From Octopus vulgaris (Eukaryota), in contig OX597827.1 of assembly GCA_951406725.2 (NCBI GenBank), forward strand, positions 43,710,001 through 43,774,000: a stretch of 64,000 nucleotides of DNA, given 5' to 3'. The translations under genes and the position numbers were made by a program. A model generated the notes under the pieces. The model made no database searches. It was not told where the DNA came from and worked only from the letters and a program-made list of their open reading frames with translations. Shown here in pieces: positions 1-14,926 of the stretch (position 1 is the stretch's first letter; every line of letters begins with the position of its first letter).

Positions 1-497
1 CTGCTATAATAATTATTGAGTGGGAGAGCAGCGCATGCCGTCAAAGTTAACTTGGGGTAAAATATACGAAGCCCAATATAAATATCATGACTACCCGTCT
101 GATATGGGTACCCCAGGCAAATGTATCGCAACCACATATGCACGGCATGGTGATCTCATGTCAAGATAAACATCAGATGACCTTGCAGGTGGAGCCCAGA
201 TAGAATTTTCTTCAGGTCCCGCTCAAAAAGGTTCCTGGATAAGGTCTGTTTAAGGATGCTGAACGAAACACCCATATTTCCAGAGGTGAATCATTCAAAC
301 CTCAAAGAATACCTCTCAACACATGGTTATGATGCTCCCCACTACTTCTGCACGTGATCAGCGATGCACATATCGTCAGCCATCAAGGGACAAGCTCAAC
401 TGACAAGCAAATCTGTGGTATTGAACAGAATATTTGCTGTATCCCTTCTTTTATACCAAGACAAAATATGTACATGATACTATCATCATCATCATCA

Positions 498-553
<56 letters not shown>

Positions 554-844
554 ACACCGAAGAACACGTGATGAGGAAGGAGATGCAACGAGTGTGAGTG
601 GGAGAAGGGTAGCGGTCAGAAAGAGAGAAAACTAAAAGGAACGTTTGTATATATATGAAAAAATAGTTACCTCAGGGAATAAACGACTTTGAGTTGTTTA
701 ATGGCAAAACAAAATATATCTCTCGATACAGTGGTTATACCTGTGTTAAAAATCGATTTCGGTTCTCATGACCAGAATATTACAGCAGACAGGTATATCG
801 ATTTTATGAAAGCATATAAAGGTCGTTTAATGTATATGAATATA

Positions 845-915
<71 letters not shown>

Positions 916-1953
916 CATACGTACATACATATATATACAGATATATATATCTATTACATATGCATGTCTTTATACATTTAATATGTATGTATCTATGTTT
1001 TCAAGCAACCATGCATACACACCCACATTCACGCCCATATACATACATGCATACATATATGTATATGTACTTCAATATGATAGTGTGTGTGTGTATCTGT
1101 GTGTGTATGTGCATGTGTGAGCGTAAATTTAATATTCATTAAATATACATGTGCAATTATTATGTCTCTATCTATTTATATATTTATATATAGATATGTA
1201 TGTTTGTATGTATATATATATATATGTGTATGTGTGTGTGTGTGCGTGTGTGTGTATGTATGTATGTATGTATGTATGTATGTATGTATGTACGTACGTA
1301 CGTACGTATGTATGTATGTACGCGTATATATTTTCTGTATATGTTTACCTGCGCATGTGTTCTGCATAATTCATTAATTTATGTAAATATACAGTAAAAT
1401 TATACAGTTGTAAACATATATATAATATTGAAATGTAACGACGAATCTGCTCTAATATGAATTGAACTTCAGCCCTTATTGTCCAGTGAAATAAATATAC
1501 GAACGAAGTACGGCTATTATATTTCATCGCTTTTTGCCATTAACTCATACCTAAAATTCTAAGGTTGTAATGTGCGAGTTTTTTTAATGTCAAATACCAA
1601 CAATAATTTAATAAACTCCGTCTCCGGCAACTCTAGTTGGTAGTTTATATTCGAAACATGTTGAGCTACAAGTATAGTATGGCTTATAAAACATTTTTAT
1701 GTTTAATTTGTGAGTACAAAAGCTTTCGATTAGTACTACTATTGAGTGAGATCTACATTGATGGATTTCATTTGCGACATTTGGTCGCCATCTTTAATTT
1801 AGTTTTTTCTTGCAGAAGTTGCCGCTGTTGTTGTTGACGTTGTTCTGGTCGTTGCTGTTGTTGATGATCATGATGATGTAACACTCGTTACATCTCCTTC
1901 CTCATCACGTGTTCTTCGGTGTTATAATAATAATAATAATAATAATAATGATG

Positions 1954-2083
<130 letters not shown>

Positions 2084-2091
2084 AATCGATA

Positions 2092-2200
2092 GGCGCTTAG
2101 CTTTTTGGTTAAAGTGTTGAACTCACGACTGCGAGATCGTGGGTTCCATTCCCAGACCGAGCGTTGTGTTCTTGAGCAAAGCACTTCATTTCACGTTGTT
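2092..2200 (+). mobile_element. tRNA-derived SINE fragment (family 3)
   Basis: A/B-box-like head (tggttaaagtg...gggttccattccc) followed by ttgtgttcttgagcaaagcacttcatttcacgttg, which recurs at ~30145-30270 and ~60290-60400. Confidence 0.7.
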
Positions 2201-2549
2201 ATATATATATATATATATACGTATGTATATACATATACATGTGTATATCCTTAGCGGCATTTCTTCTCGTTTCTTACTTCCTGTGTTCAAATGCTACCAC
2301 GGCTCCACTTTGCATTTCATCCAACGGCGTCGTTAAAATCTAAGTTACCAATCAATATCGGGGAAACGATATAATTGACTACACCCCTTCACAGAATTCC
2401 AACCAATGCTAGTAACTAGTATCACATGTGATTCGCTATAGCATACCATGTGATCACAGTTTGTAATTTTTAATAGACTGTTGCCATTAGCAATCAGACT
2501 TTGGTTTTTGTCTTGCTTTCGCATCTTCTTTTTCACAACTTAGTAACAT

Positions 2550-2938
2550 TCTTCATTTCTTTATTGCCCACAGGGGGGCTAGGCATAGAAAGGGCAAACA
2601 AGGGTTTTACATCAATTACATTACATCAATTACTTTACTCTTTACAAACAGCGGAGGCGTAATGGCCCAGTGGTTAGGGCAGCGCACTCGCGGTTGTAGG
2701 AACGCGGTTTCGATTCCCAGACCGGGCATTGTGAGTGTTTATTGAACGAAAATACCTAAAGCTCCACGACACCCCGGCAGTGGGTGGGGGTGAACCCTAC
2801 TGTACCCTTATTCAATCGACCCCGAAAGGATGAAAAGCAAAGTCGATCTCGGCGGAATTTGAACTCAGAACGTAAAGACAGACGAAATACAGCTAAGCAT
2901 TTCGCCCGGTGTGCTAACGTTTCTGCCAGCTTGCCGCC
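2550..2938 (-). mobile_element. SINE family 2 copy, interrupted by a family-3-like SINE head
   Basis: 2550-2625 matches the tail and 2812-2938 the head of the full copy at 20348-20578. Confidence 0.75.
2651..2805 (+). mobile_element. tRNA-derived SINE head nested in SINE family 2
   Basis: tggcccagtggttagg (A box) and ggtttcgattccc (B box), then ccagaccg as in family 3. Confidence 0.7.
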
Positions 2939-3400
2939 TTAATTTAGCTACAATTTCTTACAGGTCGAGAAGCCTCTTAAAGATTTTCAACCGTAGCTCT
3001 TTGGCCTTGGTAAATTGCTGTTGTGGCTGTCGTTGTTGAGGCCCACGTCAGCCCTAACATTTCTGCCAGCTCGCCGCTGTACCTTAGTGACATTACTGAG
3101 ATTAAACTAGGTAGTCTGAACCGTACCAACTGATTACATTTTGGTAAGCTTAATAAAACTCATATTATTTTCATATTGAACTTCATGGTCACTCCGCTGT
3201 TTACCTGATTCAACTTTCTGTTTCATATTTTCCGTAATCGATAACATATAAGTACCAGTCAAGTACGGAGGTTGACAATAGATTTTTCTCCTACTAATCC
3301 ACGAATCCTCCATTGTTCTCCAACTATTCCGCCATTTTTATGTTGCTTAAGCAACACTTTTACAAACCACATTATGTTACATATAATGTCATTTACAAAT

Positions 3401-5037
<1,637 letters not shown>

Positions 5038-5652
5038 AGTCAATAGTTTTAAATCGTTCTTAGCTATATATATTCCATTGTCCTCTGTGTCAGTTTCATA
5101 CGGAATATATAAGATGTGAGTGACAGTGATGGTGGCGAGGCATTGTTAGAATTTTTATGGTTTCCTCTGTCTTCTCTTTTGTCATTGAATTTCTCTCGCT
5201 TGTTAACGCTTTTATTGCCACTGATCCTTCCCTCAAGTGTAGAGAGGAGAGAAAGGGAGATAACTTTAAGACAAAGTGATCTGGTTTTTTTCCTTGGTAA
5301 ATTAGTCTGGTATTCTCTGCATAATGTTTCTTTATACACCCAAATAAATATCATACATTGTTCTTTGTTGGTAACGTGAATAATAACATAAACTCGGGCA
5401 AATAAAACAAGTTGTGTATGTACGTACGTACGTACGTACGTATGTATGTATGTACGTATGTATGTATGTATGTCATTCTGTTTTATTTCAAGATTTCTTG
5501 CCAATAAAGGAAGAGCCAGTTTCTAACCAAGATCCAAGGCTCCTTCATTGGAATTTCAACATCAACAACAGGGTATTTTTGTATGCATGTATGTATGTAT
5601 GCATGTATGTATGTATGTATCTATCTATTTATCTATCTATCTATCGATCTAT

Positions 5653-5727
<75 letters not shown>

Positions 5728-7109
5728 ACTAACTATCTATCATTCTCTCTATCTATGTCTCTTCTATATATTATTATAAATCTTCCACTGAGGAGGGAGT
5801 CGCTTTCCAACAAAGATACAAGGCTTCATCTTTGGGATGTGGTTAACACAGAAAAATTCACATTTGGAACTTGAGAAAAATGTTGCATATTTTTACTGTT
5901 CCACGTACAGATTGCACTTGTAATGTGTGAATTAGCCGGTCAATTCATCTTTCTGAAAATCACAGTTTATCCAGATTCTCCTTTAAGCATTTACTATGTA
6001 TGTATGTATGTATGTATGTATGTATGTATGTATGTATGTATGTATGTATTTCTGTATTTATTTATCTATTTATTTATGTATATCAGGTCACTCTTAGAGC
6101 TATTAGTAGCGTTTAACCTGGCACAGCCTTTCGTGAGGTCGAATGAGTCTGCTTCTTAAGGGAGGGTGGTTTTCGTTGACACCCTGCAGGACGAAAAACA
6201 AGACCTGTCAAAGAGCGGATGAAGCCAATACAATCAAACAGCCGGGAGTGAGTGGTCCCTAGTTTTCGATTAGACCTCTTTCTCGGAGAAGGAAATTCCG
6301 AAATAACACCCGCCACATTGCAAAGCCGGAGATCTTGCTCTGGTTTCGGCTTTGTACGTGAGAGTTTTAGCGGTATTGGACAAGCTGTCGATGACTTCAA
6401 ATTTCAGGATGAATCGATGGATGCATGGATGGATGAATGGATGCATGGATGTTTTTGCTTTGCTTCCTTTTTCTCCAGTTTTAACTGGCCAACTGCTTCA
6501 TAGTAAGGTTGCAAAGGAAAACATACTGCTCTCTTTATCAGCCTATCCTACGAAGTTATTGCGAATATCTATAGTCCAAGAAATTGAGATCATTTGAAAC
6601 ATATAAATTATGGATATACGTTTTCTCACACAAGAACCCAAGTGCTGCAGTTGGGTTGGTATATATCCTGTTGCTCCACAACTAATAGATATGACGTGTA
6701 TCTTGATTACTAGAGTACTTCCTTTTTATGTAACCTACATAAATGTAACAACTACTTATAGGACTTATAAGACTGGAATAAGCAGATGTGTTTCAAGAAA
6801 AACAGACCTTGAATCTTAAACCTACATAGATAATATATATATTCTTTTATTCATTTATTCTTTTATTTGTTTCAGTCATTTGCATAAATGCAAAACAACA
6901 CCACGGAGGAATCGACGTAAGCTTAAATAATAATCAGCGATAGATGAACCGCGATATGGTGACGGATTACTGTATATCGGTAGTCAGTTCTATCTTTTCT
7001 ATGCAAGTGCGTTTGCTTTTGTTGTCATGAACAAACGATCATATACGTATACATATATATATATGTGTGGAGGGAGTAGTATATATATATATACACACAC
7101 ATATATATT

Positions 7110-7521
7110 TAAATAAAATCGAAATAGTATTCGAATACCGGAGGTAGAGTAATATGCTTTATTATTAAAGCTGCAAATTAGCGGCAGTTTTCTGTCTTTA
7201 CGTTCATAGTTCAAATTCCGCCGAGATCGATTTGCTTTTCATCCATTCGGGGTCGACAAATCAAGTACCACTTGCATTCTATGGTCGATCTAATCAACTG
7301 GCCTCCTCCCCAAAAATTTCGGGCCTTGTGCCGAGAACAGAAAAGATTATTAAAGCTGCAAAAATACCACAAAAATATCCCCAAAAGAATGCTACTCAGA
7401 GTTTCACGTTCGCGTTCGTCGAGCAGTTGTGATCAAGAATGGCCGACAAACCCGAACGTGAAACCTTAAGTAGCAGTCTTTTTAGGATATATTTGTAATG
7501 TTTTGCAGCTTTAGTAATAAA

Positions 7522-7527
<6 letters not shown>
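7110..7527. mobile_element. decayed fold-back element (Penelope pseudo-LTR-like) with degenerate hammerhead in each arm, interrupted by a SINE
   Basis: 7346-7428 is an imperfect inverted copy of 7437-7520; each arm carries cgaacgtGAAAc...GTAgca; flanked by (TA)n. Confidence 0.65.
7178..7345 (+). mobile_element. 5'-truncated SINE family 2 with 17-bp TSD
   Basis: attattaaagctgcaaa duplicated at 7161-7177 and 7346-7362; body matches the reverse complement of 20348-20578. Confidence 0.85.
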
Positions 7528-7566
<39 letters not shown>

Positions 7567-7678
7567 GGAGTAAACAGATATATATACCGGAGTAAACACA
7601 TAAATGTGAAACAAGGTGGAAGCAAGAGTACTCAAATACCAGTAGTAGAGTAATATGCTTTATATTTTCTAGCAAAAA

Positions 7679-7716
7679 CTGTCCGATGAACGGCAACGTG
7701 AAACTCAGAGTAACAG
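7679..7716 (+). ncRNA. minimal type I hammerhead ribozyme motif (CCGAUGA core variant)
   Basis: ctgt-CCGATGA-acg-gcaa-cgt-GAAA-ctcaga-GTA-acag: stem I ctgt/acag, stem II closed by a GNRA loop, near-palindromic stem III actcagagt. Confidence 0.7.
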
Positions 7717-7848
7717 GTTTTGTTGAATTTTCTGCTGCATTAAATAAAGTATATATATATATATATGTATGTATACACATCACACATATAAATAGATAGA
7801 CAGATAGATAGATAGATACATACATACATACATACATACATACATACA

Positions 7849-7882
<34 letters not shown>

Positions 7883-8371
7883 CACACATATATATAATAA
7901 TTATAAAAAAGCCTCCGTCGCTAATAATCAGATATGTGTTTGTACACACACATACATACATATATATTATATATATATATATACATACACATGCATCCAT
8001 AAACACAATTGTACATTCATTCATTCTTTCATACATACATACATACATACACACATACATACATACATACATACATACATACATACATACATACATACAT
8101 GAATACATACATACATACATACATACATACACACAGACATACATATAACCAGAAATCAATATCTATTCCGTAATGGCTTCAAGACTAATTATATTGACAA
8201 TATATACGGTGGTGCTCTGAATGATCGCTAATACTACAACAACAACAACAACAGCAACAACAAAATTAAACAACATAAATTATATTCGCTGGAAAGGAGA
8301 ATTATGTTTGTGTGTCACAGAGAATGACCAAGAAATCCACCACAGACAGTACAGAATGAGAAGGTATGGCG

Positions 8372-8439
<68 letters not shown>

Positions 8440-8486
8440 AACAGGGAAACAGACAAACTAGTTAGAGCAGAAATTGTTTGAATATT

Positions 8487-8553
<67 letters not shown>

Positions 8554-8633
8554 TATATGTGCATATATATATATGCTTACACACACACACACATGTATAT
8601 ATATTTGCATATATGCACATATATGTATATATT

Positions 8634-8678
<45 letters not shown>

Positions 8679-10524
8679 ATATATATGTATATATGTATGA
8701 TATAATTTATATAACCTACAATGTGATGCATGAAGTGTACGCGTTTCTAGAAGTAGATATCTATGTGCCTGAAGTTGTGTGTCTATGTATACACACGTAC
8801 ACGAACATATATATATGTAATGAATGTAAGCATGTATGCATGTACATATACATGAAAAACTACATAAATGCCAAGATATATATATGTGTGTGTGTGTATT
8901 ATATACATACATCTATACACATATATATACATATATATATGTATGTATCAAGTATATATGCACATGCACTAATGTATATATACACATGTTTGTATGTGAA
9001 TACATACATATACGTACTTATACACTTAAATAATGCATATGTACATGTAACATATACACATAACAGGCATACATATATACACAAATACATACATACCAGC
9101 CTCCATGCATGCATTCACACAAGCATACATACATACTTACATACCTACCTACCTACCTACCTACCTACCTACCTACATGCATACATACATACATACATAC
9201 ATACATACATACATACATACATACATACGTACGTACATACGTACATACGTACATACGTACATACGTACATACATACATACATACATACATACATACATAC
9301 ATACATACATACATACATACATAATTACGTACGTACGTACGTACATACATACGAATACATATAACATCGGTGATTTTTGATAGAATGTGATAGAAGTTAA
9401 TTCTGAAATCAGACATTGCAAATCTTATTTTTTAGTACAGAACTTTGCAGTTTTCTCCTCAATCTAATTGCCACATACGTTTATGCACACGTCATTGTGT
9501 CTGCGTAAACGTCTGTGCGGGTTCGCAAACATGTGTGAGCATTTACATAAGCGCCTGCGTATATAAAAATGTTTTCAACATGGCGTTGTGTCTTTACATT
9601 TGATCGCGTTTTTTTTTTTTTGTGCGTTTTGTTACGTTTCCTCGCGATGACACGAAACCTTTCCGAAATTATATTTTCTTGTTAATAGAATTAAAGCAGA
9701 GCTGTAATCTAATACATCATTACACCTTTGTATTCGTGACACTGCTCAATGATGCATGAAGCATTCTGTTTTATATATTTTACGCAAACTTTGTCTTTTG
9801 ATCTTTTATTTATTTCAGTGATAGGACTGTTGCTTTGTTTGCAGTAGCACCACATTTGGAAGGTGTTTTTAACCAAACAAAGCGACCCTCCCCTCGCCCA
9901 TTTCGGATATTTATTGTATTGGTTTGCTTTTGCCGTAAAGCTAAGTTAGAGGATCGCAAACAGACCAACACCTGGGGGACAAACACAGAGGCAAACACGC
10001 ACTCGCACACACGCATACACACACACACAAACACACACCTGTAATGCAAAAATGACATCAAAACTGACATCTTTGATTAGCATTTCTGGAAAGTCACGCC
10101 CAACAAAACGTAATTTCGACATCGAAAATTATCAGAAACACTAAACATTAATCCGAAATATTTTAATTCCGTTTTTTTTTTTTTATTGTGATGCATTTCC
10201 GTTAAAACCGAACGCATCTCCATATTTAAAGCCATTTCCGAAAGCGTTTGTGTAATGTCCTATTCTCACAGCATATCATTATTATCAAGATTATTTGCAT
10301 TGCAAATTTTTCGCTAATATCTTTGTAATACAACTCAAAGACGAGGTAAAATTGAATACAGCGTTGGTATTAATTAGCCTGGCGCTTAGAAAATGGGGAA
10401 AAGAAAAAAAATGGATATCTTTAACGTTTCGAGTAACCACCCTTCTTCTCAAATATCGGACAGAGATGTAGATAAAGGTGCGGAGAAAGAAAACTGAAGA
10501 AATATGAACTTACATTTATCCAGT

Positions 10525-10572
<48 letters not shown>

Positions 10573-11309
10573 TGTGTGTGTGCTTGTATGTGTATATATG
10601 TATACGTGTATGTGTGTGTGTCATTTTCGTTTATAGGGCTAATGACTTTCTAGTTCAAAGGGTCATTTATCTGACTATTACCATCTTATTATTTCAAGTT
10701 TGTTGGAGTTGCTTCTGTCCTCATTACTAAACACCTGTACGTCGATTCCGACGGGAGACCCCTTCATATGTATACATATATATATGTATTATTTATGTAT
10801 TGGTTTATGTCTATCACTGTTTGAGTTGCATAATAGTGGTTTTATCTCGAATTTATATTTTATATATATATATATAACCCCTTCTTGAAAACATCTAGAA
10901 CAAATACACGTACAGAAATAAATATACACCATCTAGATCAAATTATAAATGTCTAAAAGGACACAAACACACATAACTACCTCCTCAACCAGAAAGTAAT
11001 CCTTTCTCAATGTAGGAATAGGGTCAACTCACTAATAATAAATAAACCGACCTAGGGTTAGAAATAATTATTTCATCCCACCAATTAGATAGATCCAATG
11101 GACTTCTTCTGTTACTCACCGAAGAAACTCGACCTACGGAATTCCAACATATTTACCCAGACAGCAAAACCAACTTCAAGCACCTCAAACATAATTAAGA
11201 ACCCTGACAATTTATAGCAACGAAGAAACTCGAACCACGTAACACCAGGCATTTTATCCAGACAGTAAAACCAGCCTCCCAGCAAACTTAATATAATTAA
11301 TAACACACA

Positions 11310-11367
<58 letters not shown>

Positions 11368-11369
<2 letters not shown>

Positions 11370-11585
11370 TTTACTTGTTTCAGTCATTTGACTGCGGCCA
11401 TGCTAGAGCACCGCCTTTAGTCGAGCAAGTCGACCCCAGGACTTATTCTTTGTAAGCCTAGTACTTATTCTATCGGTCTCTTTTGCCGAACCGCTAAGTC
11501 ACGGGGTCGTAAACACACCAGCATCGGTTGTCAAGCGATGCTGGGGGGACAAACACAGATACACAAACATGCACACACACACACA

Positions 11586-11623
<38 letters not shown>

Positions 11624-11730
11624 CGACGGGCTATAGTAGATGACAATCACCCAAGGTCCCACGCAGTGGGATGAACCCAGAACCATGTCGCTGGTATGCA
11701 AGCTACTTACCACACAGCCACGTTTGCGCC
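11368..11730 (-). mobile_element. tRNA-derived CORE-like SINE (family 1) with internal deletion
   Basis: matches 33127-33518; the segment between two ggct motifs is missing. Confidence 0.9.
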
Positions 11731-11807
11731 TACAAAATGATGAAAAAAGACAAGAGAAACGCTACAGGTTGCATTGGCCGATCAGGTGTAAATCGCCTCT
11801 CAAGATT

Positions 11808-12236
11808 TATTCTTTTTTTAAAGCCTACATGTAGTACTTACTCTATCGGTTTCTTTTGCCGAGCCATTAAGTTGCAGGTAGGTAAACACACTACTACCGA
11901 TTGTCAAGTGGTGATGGGGGGGGGCAAACACAGACACAAAGACACACATAGATATATACATACACACACACACACATATATATATACATATATAAATATA
12001 TATATATGTATATATGTGTATGTATATACATATATATGTGTATGTATATGAGACATACATATATGTATACATATATATAGGATGGGTGTGTGGTAATTAG
12101 CTTGCTTACCAACCACATGGATCCGGGTTCAGTCCCACTGCGTGGCACCTTAGGCTACTGTCTTCTACTATAGCTTCGGGCCGACTAAAGCTTTGTGAGA
12201 GGATTTGGTAGATAGAAACTGAAAGAAGCCGTCGTA
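11808..12236. mobile_element. family 1 SINE pieces: minus-strand tail (11808-11950) and plus-strand head (12080-12236)
   Basis: similarity to the full copies at 33127 and 47980. Confidence 0.8.
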
Positions 12237-12575
12237 TATATATATATATATATATATAATTAATCAATATAGGGTGGCAAAAAATTTCGTAGAATTTTTT
12301 TGCTACCAGCGGCCTAGTGGGAAAAAATTAAATAGACATAGACCATTTACAAATTCAACAGCAAATCAAGGAACGGCCATAATAGGCCATTCACCCACTA
12401 GAAATAACAGCCAAAGCTTCAACCGCAAAACAACATCAATTCCGCAAACCAGGAGAAAATTAAAAAAACATTTACCCTGTAGTTCCTTATACGATGCACC
12501 GTTTCATCTATTGTTTAATGGTAAACTAACCTGATTAAATTAAATCAAGCTAGTCTTCCAAGCTAGTCTTCCGAT

Positions 12576-12692
12576 CTGGCTGTTCTTACTGACGAATCTA
12601 TCGGCCTATGGAAGACTAGCTTGATTTAATTTAATCAGGTTAGTTTACCATTAAACAATAGATGAAACGGTGCATCGTATAAGGAACTACAG
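12576..12692 (+). ncRNA. type I hammerhead ribozyme, copy 1
   Basis: gttctta-CTGACGA(12589-95)-atctat...atagat-GAAA(12664-67)-cggtgcatc-GTA(12677-79)-taaggaac; 68-nt stem II hairpin. Confidence 0.85.
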
Positions 12693-13057
12693 GGTAAATG
12701 TTTTTTTAATTTTCTCCTGGTTTGCGGAATTGATGTTGTTTTGCGGTTGAAGCTTTGGCTGTTATTTCTAGTGGGTGAATGGCCTATTATGGCCGTTCCT
12801 TGATTTGCTGTTGAATTTGTAAATGGTCTATGACTATTTAATTTTTTTCCCACTAGCCGCTGGTGGCAAAAAAATTCTACGAAATTTTTTGCCACCCTAT
12901 ATTGATTAATTATGAATTTTCTGGTTAATTCCGTAATGGAATCGGCGGCTTATATTTGCTGCCGATAAATTTGGCGCGAGTGCGATGATTTGAAAATTTT
13001 AGGTCAGATATTGCCGAGACAGTGATAGAAGTGCCTCGTGTAAATATCTGCTCCGAT

Positions 13058-13174
13058 CTGGCTGTTCTTACTGACGAATCTATCGGCCTATGGAAGACTA
13101 GCTTGATTTAATTTAATCAGGTTAGTTTACCATTAAACAATAGATGAAACGGTGCATCGTATAAGGAACTACAG
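13058..13174 (+). ncRNA. type I hammerhead ribozyme, copy 2
   Basis: identical by eye to copy 1, shifted by 482 nt (CTGACGA at 13071, predicted cleavage after 13161). Confidence 0.85.
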
Positions 13175-13284
13175 GGTAAATGTTTTTTTAATTTTCTCCT
13201 GGTTTGCGGAATTGATGTTGTTTTGCGGTTGAAGCTTTGGCTGTTATTTCTAGTGGGTGAATGGCCTATTATGGCCGTTCCTTG

Positions 13285-13328
<44 letters not shown>

Positions 13329-13924
13329 GTGTGTGTGTGTATGTATATACATATGTATATGTATATATATGACGATCCTCATTCAGTTTCCGTCTACCCA
13401 ATCCATTTATATGTATGTGTATGTATGTATGTATGTATGTATGTATGTATGTATGTATGTATACGTCTGAGTTCATAAAAGATGCTCTAACTTAAATCTT
13501 ACCACTTCTAACTTAAATAATTTCTTAAGTTAAGAATTTTTTTATCATTTAGTTTTTTCCTTTATATTTTCACTTAACTAAAAAAAAAAAAACTTTTTCA
13601 CATTATTAGAAACAAAAGAAAATGGCGGATCATTCTTTGGGATTTATTTTTATATTCTTCTTCTTCTACTTCTCTTACTACCGTCTCTCTCTCTCTCTCT
13701 CCTTCTTTCTCTCTTTCACTTTCTCTCTCTGTGTCTTTCTTTCTTCCTTTCTTCCTTTGTTGAACAGGTGAATGAAAATTTGATTGAACCATGGAACTGT
13801 CTGACAACATCACTTCTAAAGCAAGTTGACTGTAGTTTTGACCTTTGAAGTGGAGGAACAACTTTTGAAAAATGACGAATTACAATCAATCAACGTCTAT
13901 TGAAACAGACGAAGATGCTGCAGC

Positions 13925-13998
13925 TACTACTACTACTACTACTACTACTACTATTAGTAATAGTAGTAGCAGCAACAGTATCAGTACTAGTTGTGGTG

Positions 13999-14036
<38 letters not shown>

Positions 14037-14400
14037 AAGGTGGTAGCAGTAGCGATTATTGCAGTAATAGTAATAGTAGTTGCTGCTGTTTTGAAGTGGT
14101 GGTATTGATGGTGTTGGTGGTGGTTGTGCTGCTACTGCCGGAGATTGTGATGGTGGTAATTGCGGTGGTGTTGATGGTATTGCTGGTGGTACGGGTGGCG
14201 TTGGTGCTGGTAGTAGTAGTAGTAGTAGTCGTCATCGTCGTCGTAGTTGTTGCAGTGGTTGTAGTAGTAGTAGTAATGATGGTCGAAGCTGTAGCGGTGG
14301 TAGTAGTAGTAGTAGTAGTGGGGTTGTTCGTGGTGGAGGTGGTGGTGGTCGTGGTGGTGGTGGTAGTGATGGTATCGGTGGTAGTATTGTTGTTGTTGTT
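13925..14400. repeat. degenerate (ACT)n/(AGT)n/(GGT)n trinucleotide block
   Basis: direct reading. Confidence 0.9.
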
Positions 14401-14926
14401 TTAAATATGGTTGAGTCCTGATCCAACTGTATACTCTCCGAGCAAAGGTGTTTCCGACCGTGACTTCAACGTCTTTTTTTTTCCTGCTGTTGTATATTCA
14501 GAACTAAGTGAGGTATCGTTTCGTCTTCTTTTTTGCCTCTTTTTTTTTTTTTTTTTTCTTAAAATGTGTGGATTTAACATTTTTAAAAAAGTCGAGTAAT
14601 CACAAACAAGCTTCCTCGTTAACGTCGGTATTGTTGTTACTATTGTTGTTTGTTGTGGTACTAGTTTGGCTCCAAGTTCGCCACCATCCCCTATATCAAT
14701 GGTTCTGGGTTTTTTTCGTTCGTTCGCACGTTATGCTTTAGTTTTGAGAGAGAGAGGGTGAAGTGGAGTAAGTGAGACGTGGAATGAGAGTGACAGAATG
14801 ACTGAGAGATAGAGAGATGGAGTAAGAAGGAGTGTAAGAGTAGGAGAGAGGGGGAGTGTGAGTGAGCGAGATAGGAGATAGCCACTTCCACTAACCACAG
14901 TGTCACGTGGATAGTAGAAGTGAGAG

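Larger units (their letters stand above)
12256..13288 (+). mobile_element. non-autonomous retrozyme-like / Penelope-derived element: inverted 305-bp arm plus ~1.5 tandem 482-bp units
   Basis: 12256-12560 is an inverted copy of 12609-12913 (about 4 differences); 12570-12806 is directly repeated at 13052-13288; (TA)n on both sides; no RT or endonuclease ORF. Confidence 0.85.

Noticed and set aside
12274-12895. Twin 86-aa ORFs MAKNFVEFF... on opposite strands (third partial copy at 13117)
   Set aside because: GTG start, antisense to the ribozyme, no recognisable domain, and indels between the copies; they merely reflect the inverted repeat
13768-13848. Possible coding exon after a polypyrimidine tract and CAG
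   Set aside because: Short frame VNENLIEPWNC...* is unrecognisable; the pyrimidine tract is a microsatellite; no partner exons
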